From the NCBI GenBank assembly GCA_024644945.1, contig JAHEGU010000007.1:35650-99649 (forward strand): a DNA stretch of 64,000 nucleotides. The letters run 5' to 3'. Below, one piece after another: positions 9,849 to 20,204 of the stretch. The notes beneath the pieces were generated by a model. That model ran no database searches. It had not been told where the DNA came from and saw nothing but the letters and a program-made list of their open reading frames with translations. This DNA is from Gammaproteobacteria bacterium (GTDB lineage Bacteria > Pseudomonadota > Gammaproteobacteria > Arenicellales > Poriferihabitantaceae). The first letter of the stretch is position 1. Every line of letters begins with the position of its first letter. A program made the translations under genes and the position numbers.

Positions 9849-10922
9849 ATGAACGCGCACATAAGTAGCAGGCCGCAATTTGCGCTGGACAAATGGAACT
9901 TCTTACTTAACAGCCCCAGTTGTCAAGGCACTATTCGTGTTCAGCCCGAGGATTTTAAGGTAGAGGAATTACTCGGGTTTGAATTGAGCGGTAAGGGGGA
10001 TCATCTGTGGGCAAATATCATCAAGCGGTGCCTGAATACCCTTGAGGTTGTCTCAATGATTTCGAAGGCAGTTGGCGTCAGGCAGCAGGATGTAGGATTC
10101 AGCGGCCAAAAGGATCGAAATGCCATCACCAGCCAGTGGTTCAGTGTTCCAATTGGAAACGATCGCGACAAGCTGATCAAAACCGTTGAGGATTTTGTTA
10201 GTGACCATTCCCAGCTCGAATTAATTACTCTTTCTGAGCAACCGAACAAACTAAAAAGAGGGGCACATCGCGCCAATCGATTTCAAATCCGGGTCAGGCA
10301 TTTCAGTGGAAATAAGGCGGGGATGGAATCGCGACTGCGCATAATCAATCGAGAAGGTGCGCCAAATTATTTCGGCCCACAACGGTTTGGTCGGGGTGGA
10401 AATAATCTGAGTGCCGCAGGTAGTTTGTTTCAAGGGGGGAAATTTAAAATCAATCGTATCGCAAGAGGGATGGCGCTTTCCGCTGCGCGCTCATGGGTGT
10501 TCAATCAGGTGCTTTCGGAAAGGCTCGCCCGCTGGAACTGGAACGAGCCAATACTTGGGGACGCGATGCAACTAGACGGTAACAACGCGTATTTCATCCA
10601 CGATGGTTCGGATCTCTCAGTTGTTGATAGAATAGCACGTCACGATCTGCACCCTACGGGCCCATTATGGGGGCAGGGTGAGGTGCCGACAAAAGGAGAA
10701 GTTGCTAAGCTCGAATCCGAGGTAGTTGGGAATATTCCAATACTGCCCGAGGGGCTGGCGCGTTTTGGTATGCGCCAACAGAGACGTGCTCTCAGGTTAA
10801 TCCCCCATGAGCTGACCTGGAATTTTGAACAGGGCGATGAACTCCGTCTCGAATTTGTGTTGCCTAGCGGGTCCTTTGCTACTGCGTTGTTGAGAGAAAT
10901 TTTGATTTTCAATGAAAATTAG
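9849..10922 (+). CDS. truD: tRNA pseudouridine(13) synthase
   Basis: PEDFKVEE, GQKDRNAITSQW, PNYFGPQRFG, LPSGSFAT. Confidence 0.93.
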   Translation: MNAHISSRPQFALDKWNFLLNSPSCQGTIRVQPEDFKVEELLGFELSGKGDHLWANIIKRCLNTLEVVSMISKAVGVRQQDVGFSGQKDRNAITSQWFSVPIGNDRDKLIKTVEDFVSDHSQLELITLSEQPNKLKRGAHRANRFQIRVRHFSGNKAGMESRLRIINREGAPNYFGPQRFGRGGNNLSAAGSLFQGGKFKINRIARGMALSAARSWVFNQVLSERLARWNWNEPILGDAMQLDGNNAYFIHDGSDLSVVDRIARHDLHPTGPLWGQGEVPTKGEVAKLESEVVGNIPILPEGLARFGMRQQRRALRLIPHELTWNFEQGDELRLEFVLPSGSFATALLREILIFNEN

Positions 10923-10958
10923 TATGCATCAGGTTGGGTTCATCGAACGATAGCTTTC

Positions 10959-11768
10959 ATGTTTAAAGATAAACTCGATATTGCATGGCGAAAGCGGAAT
11001 TCTCTTCTGTGTGTAGGCCTCGATCCGGATCCAGACAAGATCCCTTCTTCAGTTGCCGGATCCGACCGTTTGTATCTATTCAATCAACATATTATTGATG
11101 CCACCGCGCCCTGGGTCTGCGCCTTCAAACCGCAAATCGCCTATTATTCCGCTGTCGGCGCTGAGCATCAACTTGGGCAGACTATTGATTACATCCACAA
11201 GCATCACCCTGGCGTGCCGGTCATTCTGGATGCCAAGCGTGGTGACATAGGAGCGACTGCAACCATGTATGCCCGCGAGGCGTTCGAACGCTATCATGCA
11301 GATGCGGTAACCGTGAATCCGTATATGGGCGGAGACACTCTGGAGCCGTTTCTGTCTTATGCTGATAAAGGAGTATTCATTCTTTGCAGGACATCTAATC
11401 CTGGCAGCGGAGATATTCAGGCCCTTGAGACACCTGCGGGTTCTATAGCCTCTCTGGTGGCTCGTATGGCGGCTGAGCGCTGGAATGAGAATGACAATGT
11501 GGCGCTCGTAGTAGGCGCGACTTATCCGGAGCAGATTGCAGAAGTCCGGAAACTTGTTGGTGATATGCCCCTGCTGATTCCGGGTGTTGGTGCCCAAGGC
11601 GGCGATCTAAAGCAAGTGTTAGATAATGGCCTGGATCAGGCCGGCTACGGGCTATTAATTAATGCTTCACGCTCAATTATTTATGCTGGCAGCGAAAAGG
11701 ACTTTGCCCAACGTGCCGGAGCGGAAGCTAGACGACTATGTGAAGAAATCAACTCATTAAGGCGCTGA
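10959..11768 (+). CDS. pyrF: Orotidine-5'-phosphate decarboxylase (subfamily 2)
   Basis: LCVGLDP, DAKRGDIG.T, RTSNPG, LIPGVGAQGG, INASR. Confidence 0.93.
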   Translation: MFKDKLDIAWRKRNSLLCVGLDPDPDKIPSSVAGSDRLYLFNQHIIDATAPWVCAFKPQIAYYSAVGAEHQLGQTIDYIHKHHPGVPVILDAKRGDIGATATMYAREAFERYHADAVTVNPYMGGDTLEPFLSYADKGVFILCRTSNPGSGDIQALETPAGSIASLVARMAAERWNENDNVALVVGATYPEQIAEVRKLVGDMPLLIPGVGAQGGDLKQVLDNGLDQAGYGLLINASRSIIYAGSEKDFAQRAGAEARRLCEEINSLRR

Positions 11769-11771
11769 CCG

Positions 11772-12935
11772 ATGTCCACTTTACTGAACTACGATACCCG
11801 CTATCCATCAGTGGCGGATCTGAAGACACGAGCTAAGAGGCGGATTCCAAGCTTTGCCTTCGATTATGTTGATGGTGGTATTGATCAGGAGCACGGGAAG
11901 CGTCGTAATCGCAATGCGTGGCACGAAGTTGAGTTGACGCCTCGTTATCTCCTAGATGTTTCTGCCGCGGATCAGACTTCAACTATATTTGGGCATGACT
12001 ATGCCATGCCATTTGGTGTGCCACCGGTAGGTCTTGGCAATATGATGTGGCCTGGTGCGGAACTGGCGCTGGCTACCGCTTCCCAGAAAGCGAATATTCC
12101 ATATATTCTCAGCACCTTCAGTACTACGGCGCTGGAAAAGATCGCCAAGGTGGCACCTGACGTATGCTGGTTTCAACTTTACGTGCCTCAGAGAGTTGAG
12201 GTGATGAAAGACCTGCTGGGTAGGGTAAAAGAAGCGGGATTTAATGCTCTGGTCGTGACTTTAGATATTCCGGTTGGCGCAAAACGTAACCGCGAACTTA
12301 AGAACGGACTGAAACTACCGTTTAGTTTTACACCACATATTGTCTGGCAGGCGATGATTCACCCGGTTTGGTCCATCGAAACCTTGATTCATGGGCAACC
12401 AGATTTTGTAAATGTGCTTCGCTACAAAGAAGGCCAAAATGAGGGTTTGGCGCAGTTTATTACTAATTTCAATATGCACGGTGTGACCAGGGAAAGGGTG
12501 GAGATGATAAGAGAGCTTTGGGACGGACCGTTGGTTCTGAAGGGAATACAGTATGAGCCGGACTTACGTGACGCCATCGATATGGGTATTGACGGCATTA
12601 TCGTCTCAAATCATGGTGGTCGACAGCTCGATGCTGCACCGTCTTCAGTTCATAGCCTGAAAAGTCTGTCGCTGGAGACCCGGGCGAAGCTCGAGGTCAT
12701 GGTCGATAGTGGTATCCGCACCGGGATGGATGTTGTGCGCGCCAGAGCACTCGGCGCTAGTATGAGTTTTTCTGGTCGATCTTTTTTCTGGGGTGTGGGC
12801 GCGATGGGGATAAAGGGCGCTGACCAGGTGGTTAACATTTTCAAAGATGAGATTGATAGAACTCTGAAGCAACTTGGTTGTAGGTCTATTGCGGAAATGG
12901 ACCAAAGTTGGCTTAAAGCACAGTCTTCTTGTTGA
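11772..12935 (+). CDS. FMN-dependent alpha-hydroxy acid dehydrogenase/oxidase (LldD-like)
   Basis: FDYVDGG, WFQLY, LVLKGI, SNHGGRQLD, DSGIRTG. Confidence 0.9.
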   Translation: MSTLLNYDTRYPSVADLKTRAKRRIPSFAFDYVDGGIDQEHGKRRNRNAWHEVELTPRYLLDVSAADQTSTIFGHDYAMPFGVPPVGLGNMMWPGAELALATASQKANIPYILSTFSTTALEKIAKVAPDVCWFQLYVPQRVEVMKDLLGRVKEAGFNALVVTLDIPVGAKRNRELKNGLKLPFSFTPHIVWQAMIHPVWSIETLIHGQPDFVNVLRYKEGQNEGLAQFITNFNMHGVTRERVEMIRELWDGPLVLKGIQYEPDLRDAIDMGIDGIIVSNHGGRQLDAAPSSVHSLKSLSLETRAKLEVMVDSGIRTGMDVVRARALGASMSFSGRSFFWGVGAMGIKGADQVVNIFKDEIDRTLKQLGCRSIAEMDQSWLKAQSSC

Positions 12936-13005
12936 TTTCACTGTACTTTTCGTACTCGGTCGGACTAAACATTCTCCTCGCACTGGGCGCTGTAGCCCTG
13001 CTTTC

Positions 13006-13872
13006 ATGAAAATTATTGAAATCCTGTTTCCAGTGTTTACACTGGTGTTGGTGGGATTTGTGTACGGAAGGATGTATCAACCGGGATTGCGTGGAGTCAA
13101 TCAGATGATCCTGTTTGTGTTCGTGCCCGCGCTGGTATTTGACGTCATGTCGCGCAAGGATTTCCAAGTGTTTGAGTATCAATGGTTGGCGCTCGGAGGC
13201 TTGGCCGTCGTACTGGGATCAGGTTTGATAGCCTGGCCGGTCGCCAAACTATTGCATTACCGGATCAGGGCGTTTCTACCGCCGATGATGTTTAATAATT
13301 GTGGCAATCTAGGTCTCCCGCTGGCGCTGTTGGCATTCGGTGACGCGGGGCTCGAAGCAATGGTTGTTTTGTTCCTGATTAGTAACGTATTGCACTTTAC
13401 TTTGGGAACATGGATCTTCGGCGGCATCGTGTCGTGGAAAGGATTCTTCATCAATCCGGTTAATATTGCGACCTTTGCCGGCTTAATAGTAAATTTTGCG
13501 CGAATTGAAATTCCAGGATTTGTGTTGCTGCCGATTTCCATGCTGGGTCAGATCGTGATTCCGTTCATGTTGTTCTCCCTCGGTGTGCGCATGGTGAATG
13601 TGGAAGGTTCACATCTACGCTTCGGTATAGTGGGTGCTTTGATTTGCCCGCTAAGTGGAATCATCCCCGCGATATTAATCGGTTCGTTTATTCCTTTAAC
13701 TGATTTTCAATTCGGTTTGTTGATTCTATTTGCCGCATTACCGCCAGCGGTGCTGAATTTTATGTTTGCTGAACAGTATGATCAGGATCCTGAGCTGGTT
13801 GCCTCGCTGGTACTTGTAGGGAATGCGATGGCGGTATTGGTAATTACGCTGGTGCTTTGGTGGCTGGTTTAG
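13006..13872 (+). CDS. AEC (auxin efflux carrier) family transporter
   Basis: About 10 TM helices; FNNCGNLGLP, LFSLG, ALPPAVLNF; ATG at 13006 preferred because the longer ORF overlaps the upstream gene. Confidence 0.85.
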   Translation: MKIIEILFPVFTLVLVGFVYGRMYQPGLRGVNQMILFVFVPALVFDVMSRKDFQVFEYQWLALGGLAVVLGSGLIAWPVAKLLHYRIRAFLPPMMFNNCGNLGLPLALLAFGDAGLEAMVVLFLISNVLHFTLGTWIFGGIVSWKGFFINPVNIATFAGLIVNFARIEIPGFVLLPISMLGQIVIPFMLFSLGVRMVNVEGSHLRFGIVGALICPLSGIIPAILIGSFIPLTDFQFGLLILFAALPPAVLNFMFAEQYDQDPELVASLVLVGNAMAVLVITLVLWWLV

Positions 13873-13965
13873 GCGCAATCATGCTGTTTCTTGATTAAAT
13901 GGTCAGCAGTGAGTTGGTGTTTCCGGTTTGACAGGTTGAAAGCAGAGTTATAATGAACGTCGCGG

Positions 13966-14511
13966 TTAATTCATAATCAGCTTTGCTAATTTGTCGATAG
14001 ACTGCATTAATGGTTCCGGTTCCAATTGCACCATCTCCGGCTCGATAAACGTGATTTCTTGGCATGCTGGATACAGAAACCAGCACATAAACAGCTCCGC
14101 CCAGATCTCGCTCATAAGATCTGGTGTGTAAGGGGGTGCACCAGCCCTGACACGATCAAGCAATTTACTCCAATGCCGTTGATGGCGAACGCACCCCACC
14201 AACCGAAACTGGCGCAGCTCCCAACCACCTAGAAACCCGTTGTCCCGATGGCTAATTAGGTCGAATTTGCGGGCAACGGCGTGGCCAATTTCGTGGAATA
14301 AATCTTCCTCCGGGCAGGACGAGTATTGATTAAGATAGATGGTATTCGCTTCAAGTCTGCCAACTGTTTCGCCGAATTGATCGTAGAGTGGAATCGTCTT
14401 CCACACATAGATTGAAGTCCAAGGGTGGGCTCGGACCATAACCCAGTCCCCCACCCAACGTTGTGCGAGGGTGATCAGTGAATCGATGTGTTTGTTGCCG
14501 TAATCACTCAA
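13966..14511 (-). CDS. Hypothetical protein with zincin-like HExxH motif
   Basis: 181-aa ORF filling the gap; LFHEIGHAV and downstream SEIWAELF; TTG start. Confidence 0.55.
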   Translation of the reverse strand: MSDYGNKHIDSLITLAQRWVGDWVMVRAHPWTSIYVWKTIPLYDQFGETVGRLEANTIYLNQYSSCPEEDLFHEIGHAVARKFDLISHRDNGFLGGWELRQFRLVGCVRHQRHWSKLLDRVRAGAPPYTPDLMSEIWAELFMCWFLYPACQEITFIEPEMVQLEPEPLMQSIDKLAKLIMN

Positions 14512-14610
14512 TGCATTGACGTTTTACTGACGTTGTTGATGATATTATCTCAAAATTAGAATCCGTAGTTCGTTGATCCGGATTAATTTTTACGTGTAAG
14601 AGGAAATGAA

Positions 14611-15093
14611 ATGACCATATCAGTTGGCGACAAGATTCCCAGTGTAGAACTGGCAATGATGGGACACGATGGCCCAGAAACCATAAATACCGACGATATT
14701 TTTAGTGGTAAAAAAGTAGTACTGTTTGCACTTCCGGGTGCCTTTACGCCTACTTGCTCGGCGGCACACTTACCTGGCTTCGTGGTCCATCACGATGCGA
14801 TCAAAGCCAAGGGAGTAGATACCATTGCCTGCCTTTCGGTGAACGACGCCTGGGTCATGGATGCCTGGGGTAAAGCGCAAAATGTCGAAAACAATATCCT
14901 GATGCTAGCGGACGGTAGTGGAAATTTCACAAGCGCCGTAGGGCTTGACGTCGACTTGACAGCACGCCACTTTGGGGTTCGGTCCCAGCGTTATGCAATG
15001 ATTGTTGAGGACGGTGTGGTCAGTCACTTGAATGTCGAGGATGGGCCTGTATTTGAGGTCAGTAATGCAGAAACAATTCTTAAATTGTTGTAA
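14611..15093 (+). CDS. Peroxiredoxin (Prx5/Redoxin type)
   Basis: PGAFTPTCSAAHLPGF, SVNDAWVM.AW, RSQRYA; AGAGG RBS. Confidence 0.93.
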   Translation: MTISVGDKIPSVELAMMGHDGPETINTDDIFSGKKVVLFALPGAFTPTCSAAHLPGFVVHHDAIKAKGVDTIACLSVNDAWVMDAWGKAQNVENNILMLADGSGNFTSAVGLDVDLTARHFGVRSQRYAMIVEDGVVSHLNVEDGPVFEVSNAETILKLL

Positions 15094-15194
15094 TCTGAAG
15101 CAGCATCGGCGCGCTCGGGCATGAGCTCGAGGGGGGTTCTCTGGCGCTATAATATGTTGCAAGTAAAGTTTGACGATTTCGCGGAGCCCAGTCT

Positions 15195-16082
15195 ATGATT
15201 TCTCGCATTCTCCTTTTTCTCGGCACTAACCTTGCGGTGATGATGGTTCTCAGCGTCGCAATCAGAATATTTGGACTGGATGAGTATGTAGGCGGTAGTG
15301 CCGGGAGTATGCTGGTATTTGCCTTTATATTTGGCATGGCCGGGTCTTTTATTTCCCTCGCAATGTCAAAATCCATGGCCAAGCGATCAACAGGCGCTCG
15401 GGTGATTGAAAGCCCTAATAATGAGACCGAAGCCTGGCTGATGGAAACTGTGCGCAAACAGGCAGACGCGGTGGGCATCGGGATGCCTGAAGTGGCCATT
15501 TTCGATACACCTCAGGTTAACGCATTTGCAACCGGTATGAACAAGAATGCGGCACTGGTTGCGGCCAGCAGTGGGCTGTTGAATAGCATGACCCGTGATG
15601 AAGCCGAGGCGGTGATGGCGCATGAGATCAGTCACGTGGCAAACGGTGACATGGTTACGCTTACATTGATTCAGGGCATACTCAATACTTTTGTCATATT
15701 CTTCTCTCGCATCATTGGAAATATCGTCGATAAGGCTGTTTTTCGAAATGAACGCGGCTTTGGTATCGGTTATTTTATAACCTCAATGATCGCTCAATTT
15801 GTACTTGGAATCCTGGCTTCAATCATCGTGATGTATTTTAGTCGTATCAGAGAGTTTCGAGCGGATGAGGGTGGGGCTAACCTGGCAGGGAAGCACAAGA
15901 TGATTGATGCGCTCAGGAGACTTCAGAGCCAACATCAACTCGATCAGTTGCCTGACGAACTTGCGGCATTCGGCATTTCCGGAGGAGGGGGTAACGGTCT
16001 GAAGCGACTGTTCCGCAGCCATCCTGACCTCGATGAGAGAATAGAGGCGCTGCAAGGGCTCGACTCCGCAGTAGATCGCTGA
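15195..16082 (+). CDS. htpX: Membrane zinc metalloprotease HtpX
   Basis: [36 protein letters not shown]. Confidence 0.93.
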   Translation: MISRILLFLGTNLAVMMVLSVAIRIFGLDEYVGGSAGSMLVFAFIFGMAGSFISLAMSKSMAKRSTGARVIESPNNETEAWLMETVRKQADAVGIGMPEVAIFDTPQVNAFATGMNKNAALVAASSGLLNSMTRDEAEAVMAHEISHVANGDMVTLTLIQGILNTFVIFFSRIIGNIVDKAVFRNERGFGIGYFITSMIAQFVLGILASIIVMYFSRIREFRADEGGANLAGKHKMIDALRRLQSQHQLDQLPDELAAFGISGGGGNGLKRLFRSHPDLDERIEALQGLDSAVDR

Positions 16083-16249
16083 CCCGCCGGTCCATATTTC
16101 AACACCGCCTCAAATAACGGGGCACAACTCGCACTAGCGAATAAAGTTTATTCCGGGGATACTCTTCTGGAGATTTTGGTTTGCCGGTGATCCACATGCT
16201 TTGATCCGCGCTCAACCAGGAATTTCTTTTACTTTTGACAGGAGTATCT

Positions 16250-16939
16250 ATGGAACTCACCTTCGAATCGGCATTCTCCCCCGGTGGAATGGTTGGTAAT
16301 GCCTCATATGTCTTGCTAATTATGTCCATGGCCATGCGTAGAATGTTTATGCTCCGTGTTCTCGCTATTTTATCTGGGTTGGCTGGGATCGCCTACGATG
16401 TAATCTGGTTGCGAGATCCTGTTGGGACTTTCTGGGAGTCGTGTTTTACCTTTACTAATCTTGTTCAGTGGTTGTTATTGATTCGTGACGATCGAAAGTT
16501 GAGACTAAATAAAGAAGAGAAATATCTATGGCGGAAGTTCTTTCCTAATTTACAGCCAGCGGAATGTAAAAGGTTGTTACTGGCTTCAGAATACATTGAA
16601 GGTCAGGCCGGAGAACGGCTGATTTCCCGCGGGCAACCGGTTGAACATATCTATATGCTCTTGTCCGGGACGGTTGACATTAACCTAGACGGTACTAAAG
16701 TTTCACAATGTGGGCCCGGTGACCTGCTGGGCGAAATGAGTTTTTTAACCGGTGATCCTGCTACGGCGGACTCTGTCCTTGCTACTAATGCGACATTACT
16801 GCAGCTTGAGCAGAGCAATCTGGCGACCTTAATCCAATCTTCTTCGGAACTCGGTCATTCGCTCAGTAGTCTGATTAGCCGCAATCTCGTTGCCAAGCTG
16901 GATAAACAAACGCGGCTCAAAGTATTAGGTCCCGCATGA
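16250..16939 (+). CDS. Popeye-family membrane protein with cyclic-nucleotide-binding domain
   Basis: Three N-terminal TM helices (LRVLAI, FWE..F..N), EE..L...FF linker, CNBD with GDLLGEMSFL..PATA; AGGAG RBS at 16240-16244. Confidence 0.75.
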   Translation: MELTFESAFSPGGMVGNASYVLLIMSMAMRRMFMLRVLAILSGLAGIAYDVIWLRDPVGTFWESCFTFTNLVQWLLLIRDDRKLRLNKEEKYLWRKFFPNLQPAECKRLLLASEYIEGQAGERLISRGQPVEHIYMLLSGTVDINLDGTKVSQCGPGDLLGEMSFLTGDPATADSVLATNATLLQLEQSNLATLIQSSSELGHSLSSLISRNLVAKLDKQTRLKVLGPA

Positions 16940-17031
16940 AGCCGTCTTTTAAGCATGTGGCTCTGTATCTGCGAGTCGTGCGGTAGAATGTCCGTAATCT
17001 GATTGCAGAAGCCTATGATTTTTTCGACCTC

Positions 17032-18267
17032 ATGAAACTTAAACAGATAAAAACCTGGGTGACTGTTCCGCCAACTGGTATTGGTGGTTCGTTCTGGGTC
17101 ATTGTTAAGCTCACCACTGATAATGGGATAGAAGGAATCGGCGAGTGTTATGGTATTCCGGTTTCAGGAGATATCGCCTGTAGAATGGTGACAGATACGT
17201 TTGAACGGTTTATCGAGGGAGAAGACCCAAGAAATATTGAAACCATGTTTCGAAGAGTGTATTCGGCTGGTTTTACTCAACGCCCTGACGTATCCATGAT
17301 GGGAGTTTTTAGTGGAATTGAAATCGCGATCTGGGACATTCTAGGTAAGGCAAATGGGCAGCCTGTTTATAATCTGATCGGTGGACGCTTTCATGATCGC
17401 CTGAGAACCTATACCTATCTTTATCCCAAAAATCTGGGCCCGGACGGGCGCGCCGAAGAGAGTGCCCCTGATGTATATCATGACGGTGATGCAGCGGCGG
17501 AGCGCGCGCTCGAATACATTGATATGGGGTTCACAGCGATCAAGCAAGATCCGGCGGGGCCATACAGCTTCCAGGGTGGCAGAGAATTGTCGCTGCAGGA
17601 GCTTTCTCGCAGCGAATATAACGTCAAGTGCATGCGGGAGGCAGTGGGAGACCGAGCAGACATTCTAGTTGGCACTCATGGTCAGATGACCACGTCGTCG
17701 GCGATTCGCCTCGCTAAGAGACTCGAACCTTATGACCCGCTCTGGTTTGAGGAACCTTGCCCGCCAGACCAGATGGACGCAATAGGGGCCGTAGCTGCTG
17801 CTACATCTTTACCAGTCGCTACCGGAGAACGACTCACCACTAAAATTGAATTTCATCAGGCGCTCAAAGCTGGAGTATCGATTCTGCAACCGGATGTCGG
17901 AAGAAGTGGTGGTATCTGGGAGACCAAGAAAATTGCGGTGATCGCCGAGTTGTTTAATGCGCAGATTGCGCCGCATATATACTGTGGTCCTATTGCCCAT
18001 GCGGCGGCAACTCACGTGGCGTTCAGTTTGCCAAACTTCCTGATCCTCGAGACTATTCATACTGAATTCCATGATGCAATATTGAAACAGTCGTTATCAT
18101 GGGACCACGGCTTTATGATCGCGCCTACCGAACCAGGCCTCGGAATCGAGCTTAATGAGGAGGTGCTGGAAGCACATCCCTACGAAACCGGCGGCAGGCT
18201 GCATCTCGAAATGTGCCAGACACCACTTGATTCCGCCAACAACAGAATTATTGCAGAGATTGAGTAG
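17032..18267 (+). CDS. Mandelate racemase/muconate lactonizing enzyme family protein (acid-sugar dehydratase-like)
   Basis: GIGE, EIAIWDILGK, GTHGQ, WFEEP, ATGER, APH. Confidence 0.88.
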   Translation: MKLKQIKTWVTVPPTGIGGSFWVIVKLTTDNGIEGIGECYGIPVSGDIACRMVTDTFERFIEGEDPRNIETMFRRVYSAGFTQRPDVSMMGVFSGIEIAIWDILGKANGQPVYNLIGGRFHDRLRTYTYLYPKNLGPDGRAEESAPDVYHDGDAAAERALEYIDMGFTAIKQDPAGPYSFQGGRELSLQELSRSEYNVKCMREAVGDRADILVGTHGQMTTSSAIRLAKRLEPYDPLWFEEPCPPDQMDAIGAVAAATSLPVATGERLTTKIEFHQALKAGVSILQPDVGRSGGIWETKKIAVIAELFNAQIAPHIYCGPIAHAAATHVAFSLPNFLILETIHTEFHDAILKQSLSWDHGFMIAPTEPGLGIELNEEVLEAHPYETGGRLHLEMCQTPLDSANNRIIAEIE

Positions 18268-18363
18268 TCATTTTCGCGCTTCCACGCAAACGCATGTGCT
18301 GAGTTGCATTAAGAATCGTTGTCGTTAAATTCTGAAGCGTAAACCAAACCAAATTGAAAAATC

Positions 18364-19428
18364 ATGAGAGATTGGGCGTATCAGGCGATTCATCGAATCG
18401 AAGCTGACTTCAAGAGATCGTCAGATACGCACCTTCTCAAGATTGAATTGCCTGCGCTCAGGAAGGTCTCTTTGTATCTGAAAGATGAGTCTACGCATCC
18501 TACTGGCAGCCTCAAGCACAGATTAGCTCGCTCACTTTTTTTATATGGCCTGTGTAATGGATATATTGATGAAAAGACGACGATCGTAGAGTCTTCTTCC
18601 GGAAACACTGCTATTTCTGAAGCCTACTTTGCGAGACTATTGGACTTGCCTTTTATCGCCGTTGTTCCGAAAGGAACTTCACAGGAAAAAATCGATAAGA
18701 TCACCTTCTACGACGGTAAATGCCACTTCGTGGAACCAAGGGATCTCTATTCCGAAGCAGAAAGAATTGCCAGTGAACTTAAAGGTCACTACATGGATCA
18801 GTTTACCTATGCGGAACGTGCAACGGATTGGCGAGGCAACAACAATATTGCTGAATCTATGTTCGCCCAAATGAGCTTAGAACCCTCTCCGATACCAAGT
18901 TGGATCATTGTTAGCGCTGGTACTGGTGGAACATCCGCCACCATAGGTCGATTTATTCGGTATAAATGCCTGTCGACTCTTCTTTGTGTCGCTGATCCAG
19001 AAAATTCTGTATTTTTCGATTATTTTCAAAACGGAAATGCCGATTTAACCTGTACCCAAGGCTCACGAATTGAGGGAATAGGTAGACCAAGAGTAGAGCC
19101 TTCGTTTATTTCCTCGGTAATTGATAGAATGATTAAAGTGCCGGATGAAGCTTCTTATGCAACAATTCATTTTCTCGAAAAAATATTAAATCGCCGCTGT
19201 GGTGGTTCAACCGGAACTAATTTATATGCTGCATTTCAGATCATCTCCGAGTTAGAACAGCACGATCAAGAGGTTAGCGTGGTGTCAATGATTTGTGATG
19301 GTGGGGAGCGCTATGTAGATACCTACTATAATCATAGTTGGCTCAACTCAAATGGATTCAATGTTGGTTCGTATACCAGGCAACTGGAAGAGTTTCATGA
19401 GACTGGTGTGATGCGCACCATTGAGTAA
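18364..19428 (+). CDS. PLP-dependent cysteine synthase family protein (Cds1-like cysteine desulfhydrase)
   Basis: KDESTHPTGSLKHRLARSLF, DQFTYAERATDWRGNNNIAES, GTGGTSAT, EGIGRPRVEPSF. Confidence 0.8.
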   Translation: MRDWAYQAIHRIEADFKRSSDTHLLKIELPALRKVSLYLKDESTHPTGSLKHRLARSLFLYGLCNGYIDEKTTIVESSSGNTAISEAYFARLLDLPFIAVVPKGTSQEKIDKITFYDGKCHFVEPRDLYSEAERIASELKGHYMDQFTYAERATDWRGNNNIAESMFAQMSLEPSPIPSWIIVSAGTGGTSATIGRFIRYKCLSTLLCVADPENSVFFDYFQNGNADLTCTQGSRIEGIGRPRVEPSFISSVIDRMIKVPDEASYATIHFLEKILNRRCGGSTGTNLYAAFQIISELEQHDQEVSVVSMICDGGERYVDTYYNHSWLNSNGFNVGSYTRQLEEFHETGVMRTIE

Positions 19429-19570
19429 GTCGGTTGAGAGCGCAAGGAAATTAATATTTTAACGTCTATTTATCGTGATTACTGAATGGAGAAAGGCCAG
19501 CAGTACATAAGGAGTAATTACTGGGCGCATACACTGCATAGATTGCAAGTCAACACGGCCTTTATCGAAC

Positions 19571-20183
19571 CTAGGTATGCCGTAATGGATTATGCTCCAA
19601 TGGATTAGCAGTAGATCTGGCATTCTCTGTTGGTATCAAGGAAAGAGCTGCTTTTCTCCATTCATATATTGCGAACGGGGCTTGTCTCGGCGCAACGCTG
19701 TCTCCGATATTGATGGTATCAACATTTTTTTCAATTAAATCGCGCCACAACGAATATTGTGCATCGTTGGTAGTTGCGAGGACTAAAGATTGGGCATCAA
19801 CTGGCGATTCAGACTGATCAAGCAGAGATAAAACTGTTGATCCTTTACTTGTCCATTCCTTAATAGCGGATTCACAAATAAAGTCTACCCCGAGGGAGTC
19901 AAGTCTCTGAGGCAACGGAAAGTCCGCTGCCGAACGTTGAAGTTCTTTACCTATCAATGGATCCGGTGTGACGGCGTAGCCATCCTCAGCGAGTTTCCAG
20001 GCAGTGCCGCAGCCACGCCAGTTGCCGTCCTCGTCCAATACGACGACTTTTTTACCGAGTCTGGCGGCGTTCCCCATCACATCTTCTATCGACCAGATGC
20101 TCCTTGGGTTCAGTGGTCAAACAGGCGCCAATACCGCTGGAGCAGCCTGTAATTATAAAGTTCTTAATTGAATATTGATGCAT
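19571..20183 (-). pseudogene. Chimeric remnant: N-terminus of a short-chain dehydrogenase joined out of frame to the C-terminal part of an NADH:flavin oxidoreductase
   Basis: ATG 20183 gives MHQYSIKNFIITGCSSGIG (SDR TGxxxGIG); another frame reads SIWSIEDVMG..KKVVVLD..GNWRGCGTA..IGDSVAPR..AIYE, with no TIM-barrel domain. Confidence 0.7.
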
Positions 20184-20204
20184 CCAGGGGTTTATATACA
20201 AACG

